A stretch of 63,974 nucleotides of DNA, filler included, from Trypethelium eluteriae (lineage: Eukaryota): the NCBI GenBank assembly GCA_051942245.1. It is 4 parts of 4 records of this genome, joined end to end, with 100 filler letters (N's around TTAATTAATTAA, not from the genome) between each part and the next. Parts side by side here need not be neighbours in the genome. Positions count along the whole stretch, not along the records: positions 1 to 16,567 come from JAVECL010000616.1; 3 more parts are not named here. One strand, written 5' to 3'. Of the stretch, positions 1-11,271 are shown in pieces. Below the pieces are notes generated by a model that saw only the letters and a program-made list of their open reading frames with translations, made no database searches and was not told where the DNA came from. Positions within the stretch are counted from its first letter, which is position 1, and every line of letters begins with the position of its first letter. The position numbers and the translations under genes were made by a program.

Positions 1-56
1 GGGTTAGGGGTTCGCGGAGGGAGGTTTGAGAGGTGAGAGTACTAAAGGGGGCGTAC

Positions 57-82
57 CTTTCCCGCTCATAGGATTCCGACAT
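57..82 (-). CDS. First exon (MSESYERER) of a probable Sft1-like Golgi SNARE; gene runs off the window start
   Basis: Minus strand reads gccaccATG TCG GAA TCC TAT GAG CGG GAA AG|gtacgc (good start context, GT donor). The YERER N-terminus resembles filamentous-fungal Sft1. Only 9 codons are visible. Confidence 0.45.
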
Positions 83-547
83 GGTGGCGCTCGTTTGGGA
101 GAGTAATGGAGAGATGAGCCGGGGGTCTTGAGGCTCCGAGAAGGTAGCCTGGGTAACGATAGAGAGGGGGTTTGGAGATCGTCTTTGAGTTGGGAGAGAG
201 ACTAGTTCCAAGTGTTCCGGCGGCGAAAAGAACTGTAGTTTTGAGTGAGGGAGCAAGATAGAGAGCGCGAATGTAGAGTGTCTAAGTGCCTGTAAAGACC
301 CGAACACGAGACAAGATAGGCAAGTAAGTCAAATTGCGAACCGAGTTTCCTTTGTCATCAGCACGCGCAGTTCGGGCAGTGCAAAGCGGGTTGGGAGTGA
401 GCATCGTCATCCCCGTGGCACGAGCTGGGAGCTCGCATTTAATCAGGCAACCTCCAATTTCTACCAATCCTCCCTCCCCTCTCTGACTTCTCCTCGTCCT
501 CGGTCTCGATCTTCTACTCCCTTTGCTTTGCTTCCAAGCCATTCATA

Positions 548-1952
548 ATGCCTCTGGGAATCAATAATTTCATTCCCTCCTCCATGCGGAGTAAGATTTC
601 CCCAGTCTAACTGTACCCCTCTATCTATTTACTCACTCTACTGTGTGTTTACACGAATGCAATGTCCTTTTCTAATCTTCCAACTTCAGGTGAGTGCCGC
701 AAAGCTGGCAAGATCCTCGCCTCTTTCATCGATCCGCGACAAGCTTTCGGTCCCGACAAAATCATACCACCGGAAATTCTTGCCAATGCCAAAGGCCTGG
801 CTGTGCTCACCGTCCTCAAGGCTGGCTTCCTCGGCAGTGGTCGTTTTGGCTCTGGTGTTGTAGTCGCTCGTTTGGCTGACGGATCTTGGTCCGCGCCTTC
901 CGCCATTGTCGCTGGAGGGGCAGGCTTTGGGGGACAAATCGGATTTGAGCTGACGGACTTCGTCTTCGTCCTCAATGATGCTGCGGCCGTGCGGACTTTC
1001 TCGCAAGTCGGCAACTTGACCCTGGGTGGAAACGTTAGTATAGCTGCGGGACCGGTCGGCAGAAATGCTGAGGCAGCTGGAGCGGCAAGTCTAAAGGGCG
1101 TAGCAGGTGTATTCGCATACAGCAAGACGAAGGGACTGTTTGCGGGAGTGAGTCTGGAAGGCAGTGGCTTCTTTGAACGAAAGGATGCGAACGCAAAGAT
1201 GTACGGTCGCAAGGTTACGGCGAGATCCTTGCTTGAAGGAGCCGTGCCTGTTCCCCCAGAAGCCGAGCCTCTTACGAGGGTGCTGAACAGCAGGGCATTC
1301 TCTGGCTTACAGAGCACTGGAACGGATATGTACAACGATGTCCCTGTCTACGATGATAGGCACGATGATGTGGTTTGGGAAGGCAGGAGAGGATCAGCGT
1401 ATGGTGAAGGGGTTAGGTCGAATAATCGGACCTCGACTTTTGGTAACGATGACTACGTTTATCAGGATCGCCCGTCGCGAGCTGCTACGTGGAATGATGA
1501 GATCTACGATCGCGAGTCCACCAACGCCGGCACTCCAACCCGGTCCTTCAGCACGCGTGCCAACCCCTCGGAAACATTCGACCGCTTAGAATCAAATAAT
1601 ACCTCTCGTACCAGTGGTCTGTACGGAACAGGCGATGATGATTACTTCTTCCGTGACAAAAAATCACCTCCTGGTCGACCCACTGCTCCAAAACCGAACT
1701 TTATTCCAAAACGGTCTGCAGGACCTGACCAAGCGATTGCCAAGTTTACATTTGATCCAGACCAGCCCGGTGACCTAGGATTCAAGAAGGGTGACACGAT
1801 TACCATCTTGAAGCGCACCGAGAACGAGACCGACTGGTGGACAGGAAGGATAGGGGACCGAGAAGGCATCTTCCCAAGGTACGTCAATGAGCAACAGCAC
1901 AACTCTGTAATTACATGTTAACGTAAGTAGCAACTATGTGGAGACGGTCTGA
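548..1952 (+). CDS. YSC84: Ysc84/Lsb3-family actin-binding protein (SYLF/YAB domain + C-terminal SH3)
   Basis: Exons 548-590, 690-1878, 1931-1952 with GT..AG introns. MPLGINN.. N-terminus, KAGFLGSGRFGSG and GLFAGVSLEG motifs, SH3 ending DWWTGRIGDREGIFPSNYV. Confidence 0.92.
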
Positions 1953-2381
1953 TCTCGATGCACAAGGTATGGCGTTTGCATCCTGGCTACGCCTCAACCT
2001 CATGACACTTTCTTTAAATCTGGACGAGCTCCTTTCTTTCGATGACCTGCTATATACCCACACTCTTTCCCATTGTTCCCACATTTCTCCGCTCGTTGGA
2101 AAGACGTGAGGCGAGTTGCGAAAAAATTCTTTAGCATAGCATGGCGTCTTTGGCGCAAGTCTTCACCATGTTTTAACATCTACTTTCTCATTCTCAATCA
2201 AAGATCTTTTTCTGGCGGTGTTCGAGGCCTCTCATCACTAGATACCCGTGACATGAAACCGCCAAATGAATTCTCTTGATCTTATTCTTCGACTATTGGC
2301 ACAGTAAACGGTTTGGATTTCGAGCTTGCTATCTTCGACACGTATTCTATGATCTATTGGACTGCTACGTTGATTCAATAC

Positions 2382-3269
2382 TTAGGCGTACTTTGCGATC
2401 AGCTCCTCCAACTGCTTCTCTGTCAGTTCCTTCACACCGACCAAATCATTGTCCAGCTCGGACCTGTCCTTACTCGATCCAAAACCTTCACCCCAAAGCG
2501 CACGTCTCAAGAAATCGTACATGGCGCTCATGTCGCCCTTCTTGACACGTTCGTGCGCATCCTTTTCAACCTCCACAGTACTAGCTGGCTTCGTCTCATA
2601 CTTCTTCCCCGCAACCTTGTTCGCAATCGCCAAGACCCGATTCTGAGTGACAGAGGCACTTTGCGTATACACCGCCCGATTCTCCGTCTCCTTCGGATGC
2701 TTCAGCACTCCCGCCACCGCCCTCCCAATATCCGGCAGAGTCGTCATGCTCGACTCCCGATCCCCACCATCATACACCGACGTCACGCCGCCCTTCAAAT
2801 CCACAATTAGCGTCGTCCCCAACGCCCAATCCAAGAACGCGCCCGTCATCATCAGCGTGTACGTAACCTTCCCATCCTTCGCCTTCTCCGCCAGGTAATC
2901 GTGCACCTGCACCTTCCGCCCAAACACCGGCAGCTTCGCGGCGTTCGCGTTCAGCGTGTCGCACCCGAACTCGCTCGGCAGAAACCGCTTCACCCCCGCG
3001 GCGATGGCGGCGTCGATTAGCGGGATCTGGTCTGCGACGGCGGGGCTCAGGGCTGAGACCACTGCGTCTTGGCCTTGTAGGGCGGCGGTGAGGGAGGCGA
3101 CGCTGGTGTAGTCGACGGGGATGGCTTTCGTGCCGGAGGGAGGCGCGGATTTGCTGTCTAGCCGGGTGAGCGTGGTGACGGTGAAGCCCGCTTCGACGAG
3201 TTGCGTGACGATGGAGGGGCCGAGGTTGCCTGTGGCACCGGCAACGGCGACGGATTTGATGGCAGACAT
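2382..3269 (-). CDS. NmrA-like/isoflavone-reductase-family NAD(P)-binding oxidoreductase
   Basis: Intronless. The likely start MSAIKSVAVAGATGNLG is at 3269 (Rossmann GxxGxxG). GVKRFLPSEFG and GAFLDW motifs are present. Confidence 0.88.
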   Translation of the reverse strand: MSAIKSVAVAGATGNLGPSIVTQLVEAGFTVTTLTRLDSKSAPPSGTKAIPVDYTSVASLTAALQGQDAVVSALSPAVADQIPLIDAAIAAGVKRFLPSEFGCDTLNANAAKLPVFGRKVQVHDYLAEKAKDGKVTYTLMMTGAFLDWALGTTLIVDLKGGVTSVYDGGDRESSMTTLPDIGRAVAGVLKHPKETENRAVYTQSASVTQNRVLAIANKVAGKKYETKPASTVEVEKDAHERVKKGDMSAMYDFLRRALWGEGFGSSKDRSELDNDLVGVKELTEKQLEELIAKYA

Positions 3270-4293
3270 TGTGGAGGCGATGAAGAACTTTGTGGTCGTT
3301 GTTGCTGGTTCTGTTGTTGCTCGGATCTGATATGAATTGAGATGCGAGATGAAGATGGCGACGATACTTTTGACTTTATATGTGAAACTCTTTGCCGAAC
3401 TTATCTTTCTTTTGATTTCTACATAGCGGAACAGCTCCGCATCAAATTCGACCAATTAAAGTGCGGCCCAGACAGCCTCGTCAATGTTGGCTCTGTAGAA
3501 AGCAAGCACAAGATGAGGGACAGAGACATTAGGAATCGAAGGTTGATAATCCTCCGTGCCGCACATGCTTAGTTTCTCAGCGGAGCTTCTTCCGTGGCCG
3601 GTGAAGCCAAGGACAGCAACACTCGCAACGGTAAAGGTCAAGGACCCCCATATCTACCAATTTTGGGTAGTTTGCTGATCAATGTAAACGGTACTGTCAA
3701 CGGAGGTAAACAGATGGTCGAAATCCGATGAAGTTGAATTACTAAGTACTCAGCCGCCAATCGGAATAACTATTTGGCCGAGGTGTATCTAAGTCTCCGA
3801 GGGCACGAGAAATGCTTTCTTGGTACCTTGGGATTCAAGTATTGTCCTCTTGTGCACCTGCCAACTTTGTTCATGATACAGGTGTAAGATTACTTCTTGA
3901 ACTGACCTGAAAACTAGCCCTCATCTTCATAACACACATTGAGCTTCCTTTTTGCCCGAGTTGAAGCCTAAAGATGGAGAACCGCAATACCAGATGAGAC
4001 CTCATATTCGGACTGGAGCTCATGTGTAGTAGATCTTGTACATTACACCACGAAGTCGATATCAGATATAATCCACGGGTGTATTGATGTTACTCGAAGC
4101 CTCGCGAGAAATCTCTGTTCCAAGCTTATTATTACGTTCATGTCGAAATGAGAAAGTATGAAAGTACCTACCCTCAGTTGTCAGGTAGAGATGATTCACT
4201 TCCTCACGCTTTTGGTGGCAGACAATCTTGAGTTACACCAGAAAGCAGTTCCTGATCGCTTGCTTCTCTCCACACTGAGATTGACCTAACATA

Positions 4294-5367
4294 ATGGCTC
4301 TCTCCGGAGACATGTCTAGATTTGATGGATTCGAACGAATACAAGCGAATTATAAGGTTGGTCTCTAAACCGGAAATGAGACTGATCTCAATAGCTAATG
4401 AGTCTATAGATCATTCAGGATCACGCCGTCCGAGCAGATGTTCTTATCCCCAAATCCTTAGATAAGTCAGCAGGAAAACGACCAGTCCTTCTGCGCTGGC
4501 ATGGGGGCTTCCTCGTATGTAGAAACCGTGAATACTCTTCCGAAGTCCTCTGAGATGACTGACTCAGCTTTCTAGATTGCATCTGGTAGCATGTTTCCCG
4601 ATTTCCTTCCCCTCTGGCTCCTTGAATATGCTCTTTCCCATTCAGCGGTTTTTGTCAACGCCAACTACCGCCTTCTCCCAGAATCCACGGGCGCAGAGGT
4701 GCTCTCCGACATGGAAGACCTGCTAGCCTGGATTGAATCGGATCTTCCGATTCTATTGGCTGCACACAACGTTCAGATAGATCTGTCTAGACTTCTCGTC
4801 GCAGGTGAGAGCGCTGGCGGCTACCTTTCTGTTCAGTCGGGGCTTTCTAGACCAGACTTAGTAAAGGCGGTGATAGCGTTATATCCGATGCTTGACTTTG
4901 ACCCAAGCGTATATATAACAAAGGGAAGGAAACCCATCTTGGGTAACCCAGAATATCCGACTTCGTGGGTCGAAGATCATATAAAGAACATGCCACTGAA
5001 TGCGGATGGTAGACCGAAGCCCATCAGCGACGATGATCCCCCCACTAGAGTCCAACTTGCCATTGCTTCTGCACAGCAAGGACGCATCCCTGATTTCCTT
5101 GGCACTAGTGAAAAATTGTTTCCAATGAAACGCGTGCTTAAGGAGCCTTTCACACCGGTTCTACTCATTATTCATGGCGAAGATGATTCGGCTGTTCCTG
5201 TGGAAGGATCGCGCAAATTTGTGCAACTACTGGGAAATAGTCAACCAGATACCAGAGTCAGTTTATGGACACAGCCTGGTGAGCATGGGTTTGATGTAAG
5301 CACTACACTCGAAGATACTTGGTTGCGAGATGGATTGAGACCAGTCACGAAAGCTTGGCTGAGGTAG
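4294..5367 (+). CDS. Alpha/beta hydrolase (HSL-like esterase/lipase)
   Basis: Two 5' exons precede ORF 4591-5367. Oxyanion motif HGG, nucleophile GESAGG, HGEDDSAVP (Asp) and GEHGFD (His). Confidence 0.85.
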
Positions 5368-5635
5368 TCGCTCGTGGGAACGAGTTACTGTCATAACATC
5401 TTCACAGTCTTCGTGTCTCATTGCTAGCGCGAGAAAATTACGAGCTTTCTTACTCTACCAGCTTTGTCACTTCCTTTCCGAGCAATCGATAAGATGAACT
5501 CGAATCCCAATGATACTATTCTCCCCGCATTGCTAAAGGAATCTATAGTATAGACCTTCACCTTCATAAGCTGCGACGGATGTTGGATCCGTCTGATATC
5601 AGCACTCTGTATGTTCAATAGTTGACTCCGATTCG

Positions 5636-7234
5636 TTAAGACGGCTCGGAATCAGGTGCTATGACACCAATACCTGGATAGGCTCCGTTTACAGGACTCC
5701 CGCTTGAACTCTGGCTACCAGTTTGGTTAACGCCCGCGCTGGCACTGGGCTCAATGAAGGTCGTCACATTGCAATTGAAATACCCATCATCGATGAAGAA
5801 TGGCGCCACGGTACCCTTCACAAATCCCGAGAAGGTGTCCAAATTGTTCACAACAGTCGGCTGGATCTGGTTCGGAGCAAGGTCCAAGAAGTTCTCGAGT
5901 ACAAAGCATCCCAGCTCAGCAGGTGTTAGCGACGTGATATTAGTGTCCAATGGAACAAAATTTCCAAGCCCTTCGTTACCCCCCAGCTCGCGAGGGTTCG
6001 CAAGGAAAAGCGCGGCAGCTTCCCCAAATGCACCAGCGAGCGAGAAAGGTACACCACGACGGAACCACTCTGGAGGGAATGTTTCATTGAGGAAAAATGG
6101 CCCGATGTTGGCAAAATTAGCGTCTCCTGCGCCTGTAGCAGTGCCATTTGCGAGTCCTTCATAGACGAAGACACGCTCAGCGTGAGAGACGGCGAACCAA
6201 GCCACACCAGCGAGGAATTCCGGATTGGTTTCGCGGGAGTAATCATATCGCAGACCCTTTCCATCGATTAGCTACTTCGATATGTCCAGATTGAGTAGTT
6301 CGACAAAGACAAGATTTGGCTAACTCACATTGTCATAGGCTTGGGTCGCAGCACCAAATTGTCCATCGTACTGATTGCTGATATTGACGTACTCTTCCCA
6401 ACGCTGCAGGAGGAAGTTGGCGTTATTGCCGAAATGTACGTCTTCTCGAGTGATGCTCCCATCGATCTCAAACACTCCATGCTTATCGAGACCCAGGGTA
6501 GGACCGATTGTATTTGGGACTCTACTATCGGCACCACCAATGGAGTACTTGCCAGTAATAAGGTCGCCACCAGCCAAAAGGCCAAGGGCTGATAGGAAGA
6601 CTGACAGGCCATAGCCGAATCCGTATCCAGTCTGTACGGCGTTGGCAGCCTCGGCAAAGCTAGTGATCTAAGGCCATTTAGCAAGCAAGCTATGCGATCA
6701 TCGGAATGGAGATACTACCCACCCCGTCGCGAGATATATAACCGTGATTAGCGAGAGCGTTCAATGTTGGACAAATTCCACGGACATCTGTCGCACCCGG
6801 TGCTTGAAATTGATGATCGGGATCATCGCCAGGGATAATTATGTGCCCTTGAGGTTGCGGTGTAGGAACGTCAAGTCCTGCCAAAACTCCGGTCAAAGGC
6901 TGAAGGACACCACCCACTGCCAAGCGAGTCAGCTGAAGTCTCTTACGAGAATACATGGCACTATACAAAGTCCGCCCCCGAGAGGCAGATCCAAGATCCC
7001 TCCAATGATCGGCCCAATAAGTCCACCTGACTGTGGAGCGGGCTCGGGCTGGGCATCGCGCTGATGAAGCTCGAGAATGGCTTTGGCAGCTTCAGGATCC
7101 CGCTTCACGGCCTCGAATTTAGCGGCATCGCTTTCGCTGAGTAGCCCTCTAGCGTACAGCTCTGCAAAGGGACAGGCAACACTTGCTACCAGATGAGGTA
7201 GGTTGACGGTGAAAACAAGAGAAGAAAGCTTCAT
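5636..7234 (-). CDS. Secreted heme-thiolate peroxidase / unspecific peroxygenase (chloroperoxidase family, long type), ~473 aa
   Basis: Exons 7234-6967, 6916-6723, 6667-6329, 6256-5636 splice in frame. Signal-peptide-like N-terminus, DVRGICPTLNALANHGY (proximal Cys), HGVFEIDGSITRED and ETFPPEWFRR. Confidence 0.88.
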
Positions 7235-8944
7235 GATTGCACGTGGGTGTTGGCCGAGGAGAGATGGGCCAAGGCTGGTCTCTTATGTTCTATATACTCT
7301 ACTCAAAATCCTCTTCTGTCCATCTACTCCTAAGTCTAGCCACTGGGTCAATCGTTCGTAGCATGAGCACGCCATGATGTGGCTTTTACTGCATCATGTC
7401 TTTTTCCTGTTTTTCCGAGTGTCTATCCGTTCCAAGAGAAGTTTACCGGATAGCGCGGCCTTCAGAGCCCCTATGGTGTTTTTGCTTTTCCACAAAGCAA
7501 TGTTAGGCAGCTGCTGGTTGAGGGGAACCCTTGCTGACTCTGTTATATCAGAAGTCGTATCGGGTTTAGCAAATGTCCAACCATCTCGAATTCGTACTGC
7601 AGCTCCGATTTCTGGCAATCTGAGGTTTACAAATTGTGTCGTGGGCTTGCTGGGATGTCGCACGGGAATTGTGATTGCCACCTAGGATTCTCTCGCGTAT
7701 GCTGGGGCGAATCACGATCTGCTAGATCTTCAGCAACTTTGGCGGCCTGCGTCTTCTGTAAAGCCGTTTTCCGATCAAAAGGATAAATTTGGATAAGCTT
7801 ATTTCATTTCATTCTGCCCGTTGGGGGTTGGCGTAGTTCGCCCTCCTCCGTTTCGGGAAAGATCTGCAGGGACTCAAGACAAGGGAGCAATTGCGTGCTT
7901 CACCTCCTGTAGAGAAATCCCATGAGCGGATCCAGAATTCCAATAGTCTTGATTACCAGGCGCTCCGATACTCCAATTCGACCACATGCGGATCGTCGCC
8001 AAGGTTGCGAGCCAGCTGAGTACCGTTCCGATGAAACTAGCTCTTGAACCCAGTTATGCCAGTTGACGACAGGAACCCACAAGCCACCCCACCAAATGCC
8101 ACGAAAGAATGTCGTAAAGAGCTTGTGGAAAGGGACTTGTTTTTCTCGATGAAAGAGGAACTCCGAGGATACTTCCAATGTTATGTGGAGAATTTGTCAT
8201 TTGGTGGTATGTAGTAGTGGAACAATCTTGTTCCAGGCCTTCAATCTAGGTGCCTACATCAGCTACCTACTAGATAATAGATCTTTCATTATGAAGCAAT
8301 GGAGCTAACTCTGATCGGGCTTGCATAGATGATACCTAACCCCTCGGACTATCCTCGTGGGATGTTCTTCCACTTACGAGAACATTGGGCGGCCGTTGGA
8401 CGTTCGTATAACGTTCACCGGCGTATCCTGTCTTGCATATTAGTCAACTGTTCTAATGCTATCGACAGATACCTGACGTCAAAAGATCCGCTAAGACAAG
8501 CGTGCAGCTGCAGGCTTGCAGCCTGATCACTGTCTGTCTTGATTCGGCAAGCAGCAGTCAGCCCCGACAATAACTAGACTCCATCAACTCGGATCGTTCA
8601 TTCACTCCCTGTCCTTGTCCCTTCCAGATCCACAGATAAGGTCCAGATTGCCAAACCGAGGCCTCGGTTGCTTGTGCGCAGTCGCGGGAGCTGGCCTACC
8701 TTTTAGGATAGTCCTTTTTAAGCCGACACCGAGGATCACTGTGCATTTTATCAGGTCCAGATTCGTTGATCAACTGGCATCGCACCTAAGGGTTCACAGA
8801 TTGTTTGACATGGGTCAAAACCTCTCTCAGATGCGTCGACCTCGTGGATAGTATCAAGTGGCGACGTACATGCTCGACGAAACACTGATTCATCTTATTC
8901 CCTAGAATAGTGAAAATAATTGGGGAAGAAAAAGCATGATACAG

Positions 8945-9769
8945 CTATGTGGCTTTTGCTCTTCCCTGCTGCACGATGCGAATATACACAAAAGGGTAGA
9001 TCACATCGGCTACTTCGGTAGCGAAGAATAGAAATTTCGCCATTGGAGTCCCTACTCTCGAGTAGTCTGCCGGATAATGGAAGTAACGCCATTCAAACAT
9101 TATGATAGTCAATAGGGTTCCAATAGAACGGCATAACCTATGCTGACGGGTTAGGAGGGCTTCCAATCTGGAGGATTTTCATACCATATAGCAAGAGAAT
9201 GGCCACGGGTGCTATTGCGGGAGATAAGCTGTGCAATAGAAGCATATCCAATGAGTATCTGACAACCAAAGCCGGCCCAGAAGCCAGCGTTGACATGACT
9301 GCCACATATTTCTATAAATGTCCAGTGCATGAACACCATCCGTGCGCTCCCAATTCCAAGAATCAATTCAAGATTGCGGGCCACCAGCGGAGCTTGGGCC
9401 CATTCGCGAGGACCGAATTTGATCGTGGTGTGGACGATTCCAATATCGATAAGGAGCCACGGAATAAAGGAGATCATTTCGCTCACTCCAATCGGATAGA
9501 AGATGCTGTACATAAGCTCCCAGCCAATTTTCGCACAGCTAACATCAAAGATAAGCATATCCCGAGTAAGGAGGGGTTCTGTCTTACAGAGCCAAGATAG
9601 GCATGCCATACGACTGGTCTTTGTATCCTTGTCGTACGTATAACAGATATGAAATAGTCCACAAGGGTCCAGCAAAGCAACGGAGTCCATCCTGGGTCTG
9701 AAGGTATTGTAGAGGGGGCTTGTTAATTCTGTCTACTTCGTTGAGAGGAAGATGGAAGTTGAGACCCAT
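8945..9769 (-). CDS. Pyr4/PaxB/AtmB-family integral-membrane (mero)terpene cyclase, 242 aa
   Basis: Exons 9769-9588, 9538-9185, 9137-8945 join in frame (729 nt). Motifs LW..SY, KDQSYGMPILALCAKIGWE, QLISRNSTRGHSLAIW and C-terminal DVIYP. Multiple hydrophobic helices. Confidence 0.88.
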
Positions 9770-10290
9770 CTCGATACGTTTGAGTGTGTGTAGTGAATAA
9801 GTTGAAGTGGAGAATTTCGCTTATACAATCGATATTTTAACCAAGATAATGCCAAGCGAGCATGACACATGCGATCATGCTCAAAATATTCTCGGGGGCA
9901 TTTTGCGTTCCTGGGTGTGCTATCCTTTCGACCGACACCATACCATGGCAGCTCCTGCAGAAGCGGTTCAAATCAAAACCAATTAAGTTTGGTGTAGGTA
10001 TCTCCCTCAGATGGTATGACGTGTTCAGGAAATCAAATTACAAATGCAAAAAGTCTAAATGAAACTCTATCGATCAATGAGTTGAGGAATTAGAAAGAGC
10101 CATTCTTGAGAAAAACTTAGTTCGAGAGGCATTGAGACGGCTATTAAGAACGTGAATGGCGGCCACTCATAATTTCGAGAATCTATGATATGTGAAATTC
10201 GAGCTGTGCCATGCAGGACATCAGTCGAACGGGACATGGTGCGCACGGTCCGAACCCTCGTAGCTCTGAGTTTGCAAAAAGTCCAATCGC

Positions 10291-11271
10291 TTAGAACGAG
10301 AGCCTCTTGAGGTACTCGCTCCCAAGAGAGAAGGTGAAGAATCCTCCTGCTAACAGCGATCCATATTTGAACCACCATCCACATTCCCTAGGGCTGCTGA
10401 GATCAATCTTCCAGATCATGAATAACAGCAGGCAACCTATGCCGAGTATGCCAGAGAAGAAAATCATACCAGCGCTGATCGAGACAGCAATGGCTATAAT
10501 GAGGCTGACCTGGAGCACAGATAGTGCGTAGAGAAGGGGCTTTATATGGCTTTCATGCCTGACTGACATTGTTTTGATACCGGCCTTCTCGTCGTCTCGA
10601 ATATCCTGGAATGCATAGATCGTATCGTATATCATGGCCCAGATGATCCAATAGACCGCCAACGAGTATAGAGCTACCAAAGCTTCAAGGGGCCTCAATG
10701 TGAGCGGACCTCGTCTCGTGACGCAGTAAGCAAAGAACACCTCCAAGGAAAGTGAAGCACCAAGGATGGCTTGCGCATAATTTGTAAATCGCTTCGCGTA
10801 TGGATAGAAAGTACCCGTGGCTATTTCAGCGAGCAGAAAAGGAAGGCATCTCTGTGGAGTTTGAAGCGCCAATGCAAATACGATCAAGTACTGAGCTGCC
10901 AAGAAAAAATAGGCTTCCTGAAGCGACAGAGCTCCGCGAGCCATTGGCCGTCCGGAACAGCGTGCCACGTAACGATCCAGGTCTCGGTCGATAATATCAT
11001 TCCACGTACACCCGACGCTTCGCAGAACGAAGGCCATTGCAAAAAATAGGATATTATCCATGAGAAGCGAGGCTGGAGCAGGTGTAGGATTCTGGAGGCA
11101 GGCGGCAAGAAGACTGCCAAGGTGAAAAGGAAACCAGACGTTCAGAAACCCTGCCGGCTTGTCAAGACGCGTAAGCTCAGCATAGGGCACCCATGAGAGT
11201 GGGAGATGGCATAAGAGGCCTTTGTCAGATGAACTCAATTGTCGGACTTCATGATCCATTAGAGCAGGCAT
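10291..11271 (-). CDS. UbiA-family aromatic polyprenyltransferase (Pyr6/AusN/Trt2-like)
   Basis: Intronless 326 aa. WVPYAELTRLDKP, RSVGCTWNDIIDRDLD (NDxxD), RPMARGA, YPYAKR, YDTIYAFQDIRDD. No obvious mitochondrial presequence, which favours a secondary-metabolism paralogue over COQ2. Confidence 0.9.
   Translation of the reverse strand: MPALMDHEVRQLSSSDKGLLCHLPLSWVPYAELTRLDKPAGFLNVWFPFHLGSLLAACLQNPTPAPASLLMDNILFFAMAFVLRSVGCTWNDIIDRDLDRYVARCSGRPMARGALSLQEAYFFLAAQYLIVFALALQTPQRCLPFLLAEIATGTFYPYAKRFTNYAQAILGASLSLEVFFAYCVTRRGPLTLRPLEALVALYSLAVYWIIWAMIYDTIYAFQDIRDDEKAGIKTMSVRHESHIKPLLYALSVLQVSLIIAIAVSISAGMIFFSGILGIGCLLLFMIWKIDLSSPRECGWWFKYGSLLAGGFFTFSLGSEYLKRLSF

Noticed and set aside
1..12. GGGTTAGGGG at the window start resembling a telomere repeat
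   Set aside because: There is only one TTAGGG unit. On the minus strand it is a CTAAC branch-site-like sequence within the intron of the truncated first gene.
8654..8669. Perfect 16-bp palindrome AACCGAGGCCTCGGTT (CCG-N6-CGG) inside the cluster
   Set aside because: About one such palindrome is expected by chance in 64 kb, and I did not see it repeated in the cluster promoters.
10291..11271. Calling the UbiA gene COQ2
   Set aside because: It has no evident mitochondrial presequence and sits next to a Pyr4-type cyclase, so a secondary-metabolism paralogue is more likely. A phylogeny is needed to be sure.
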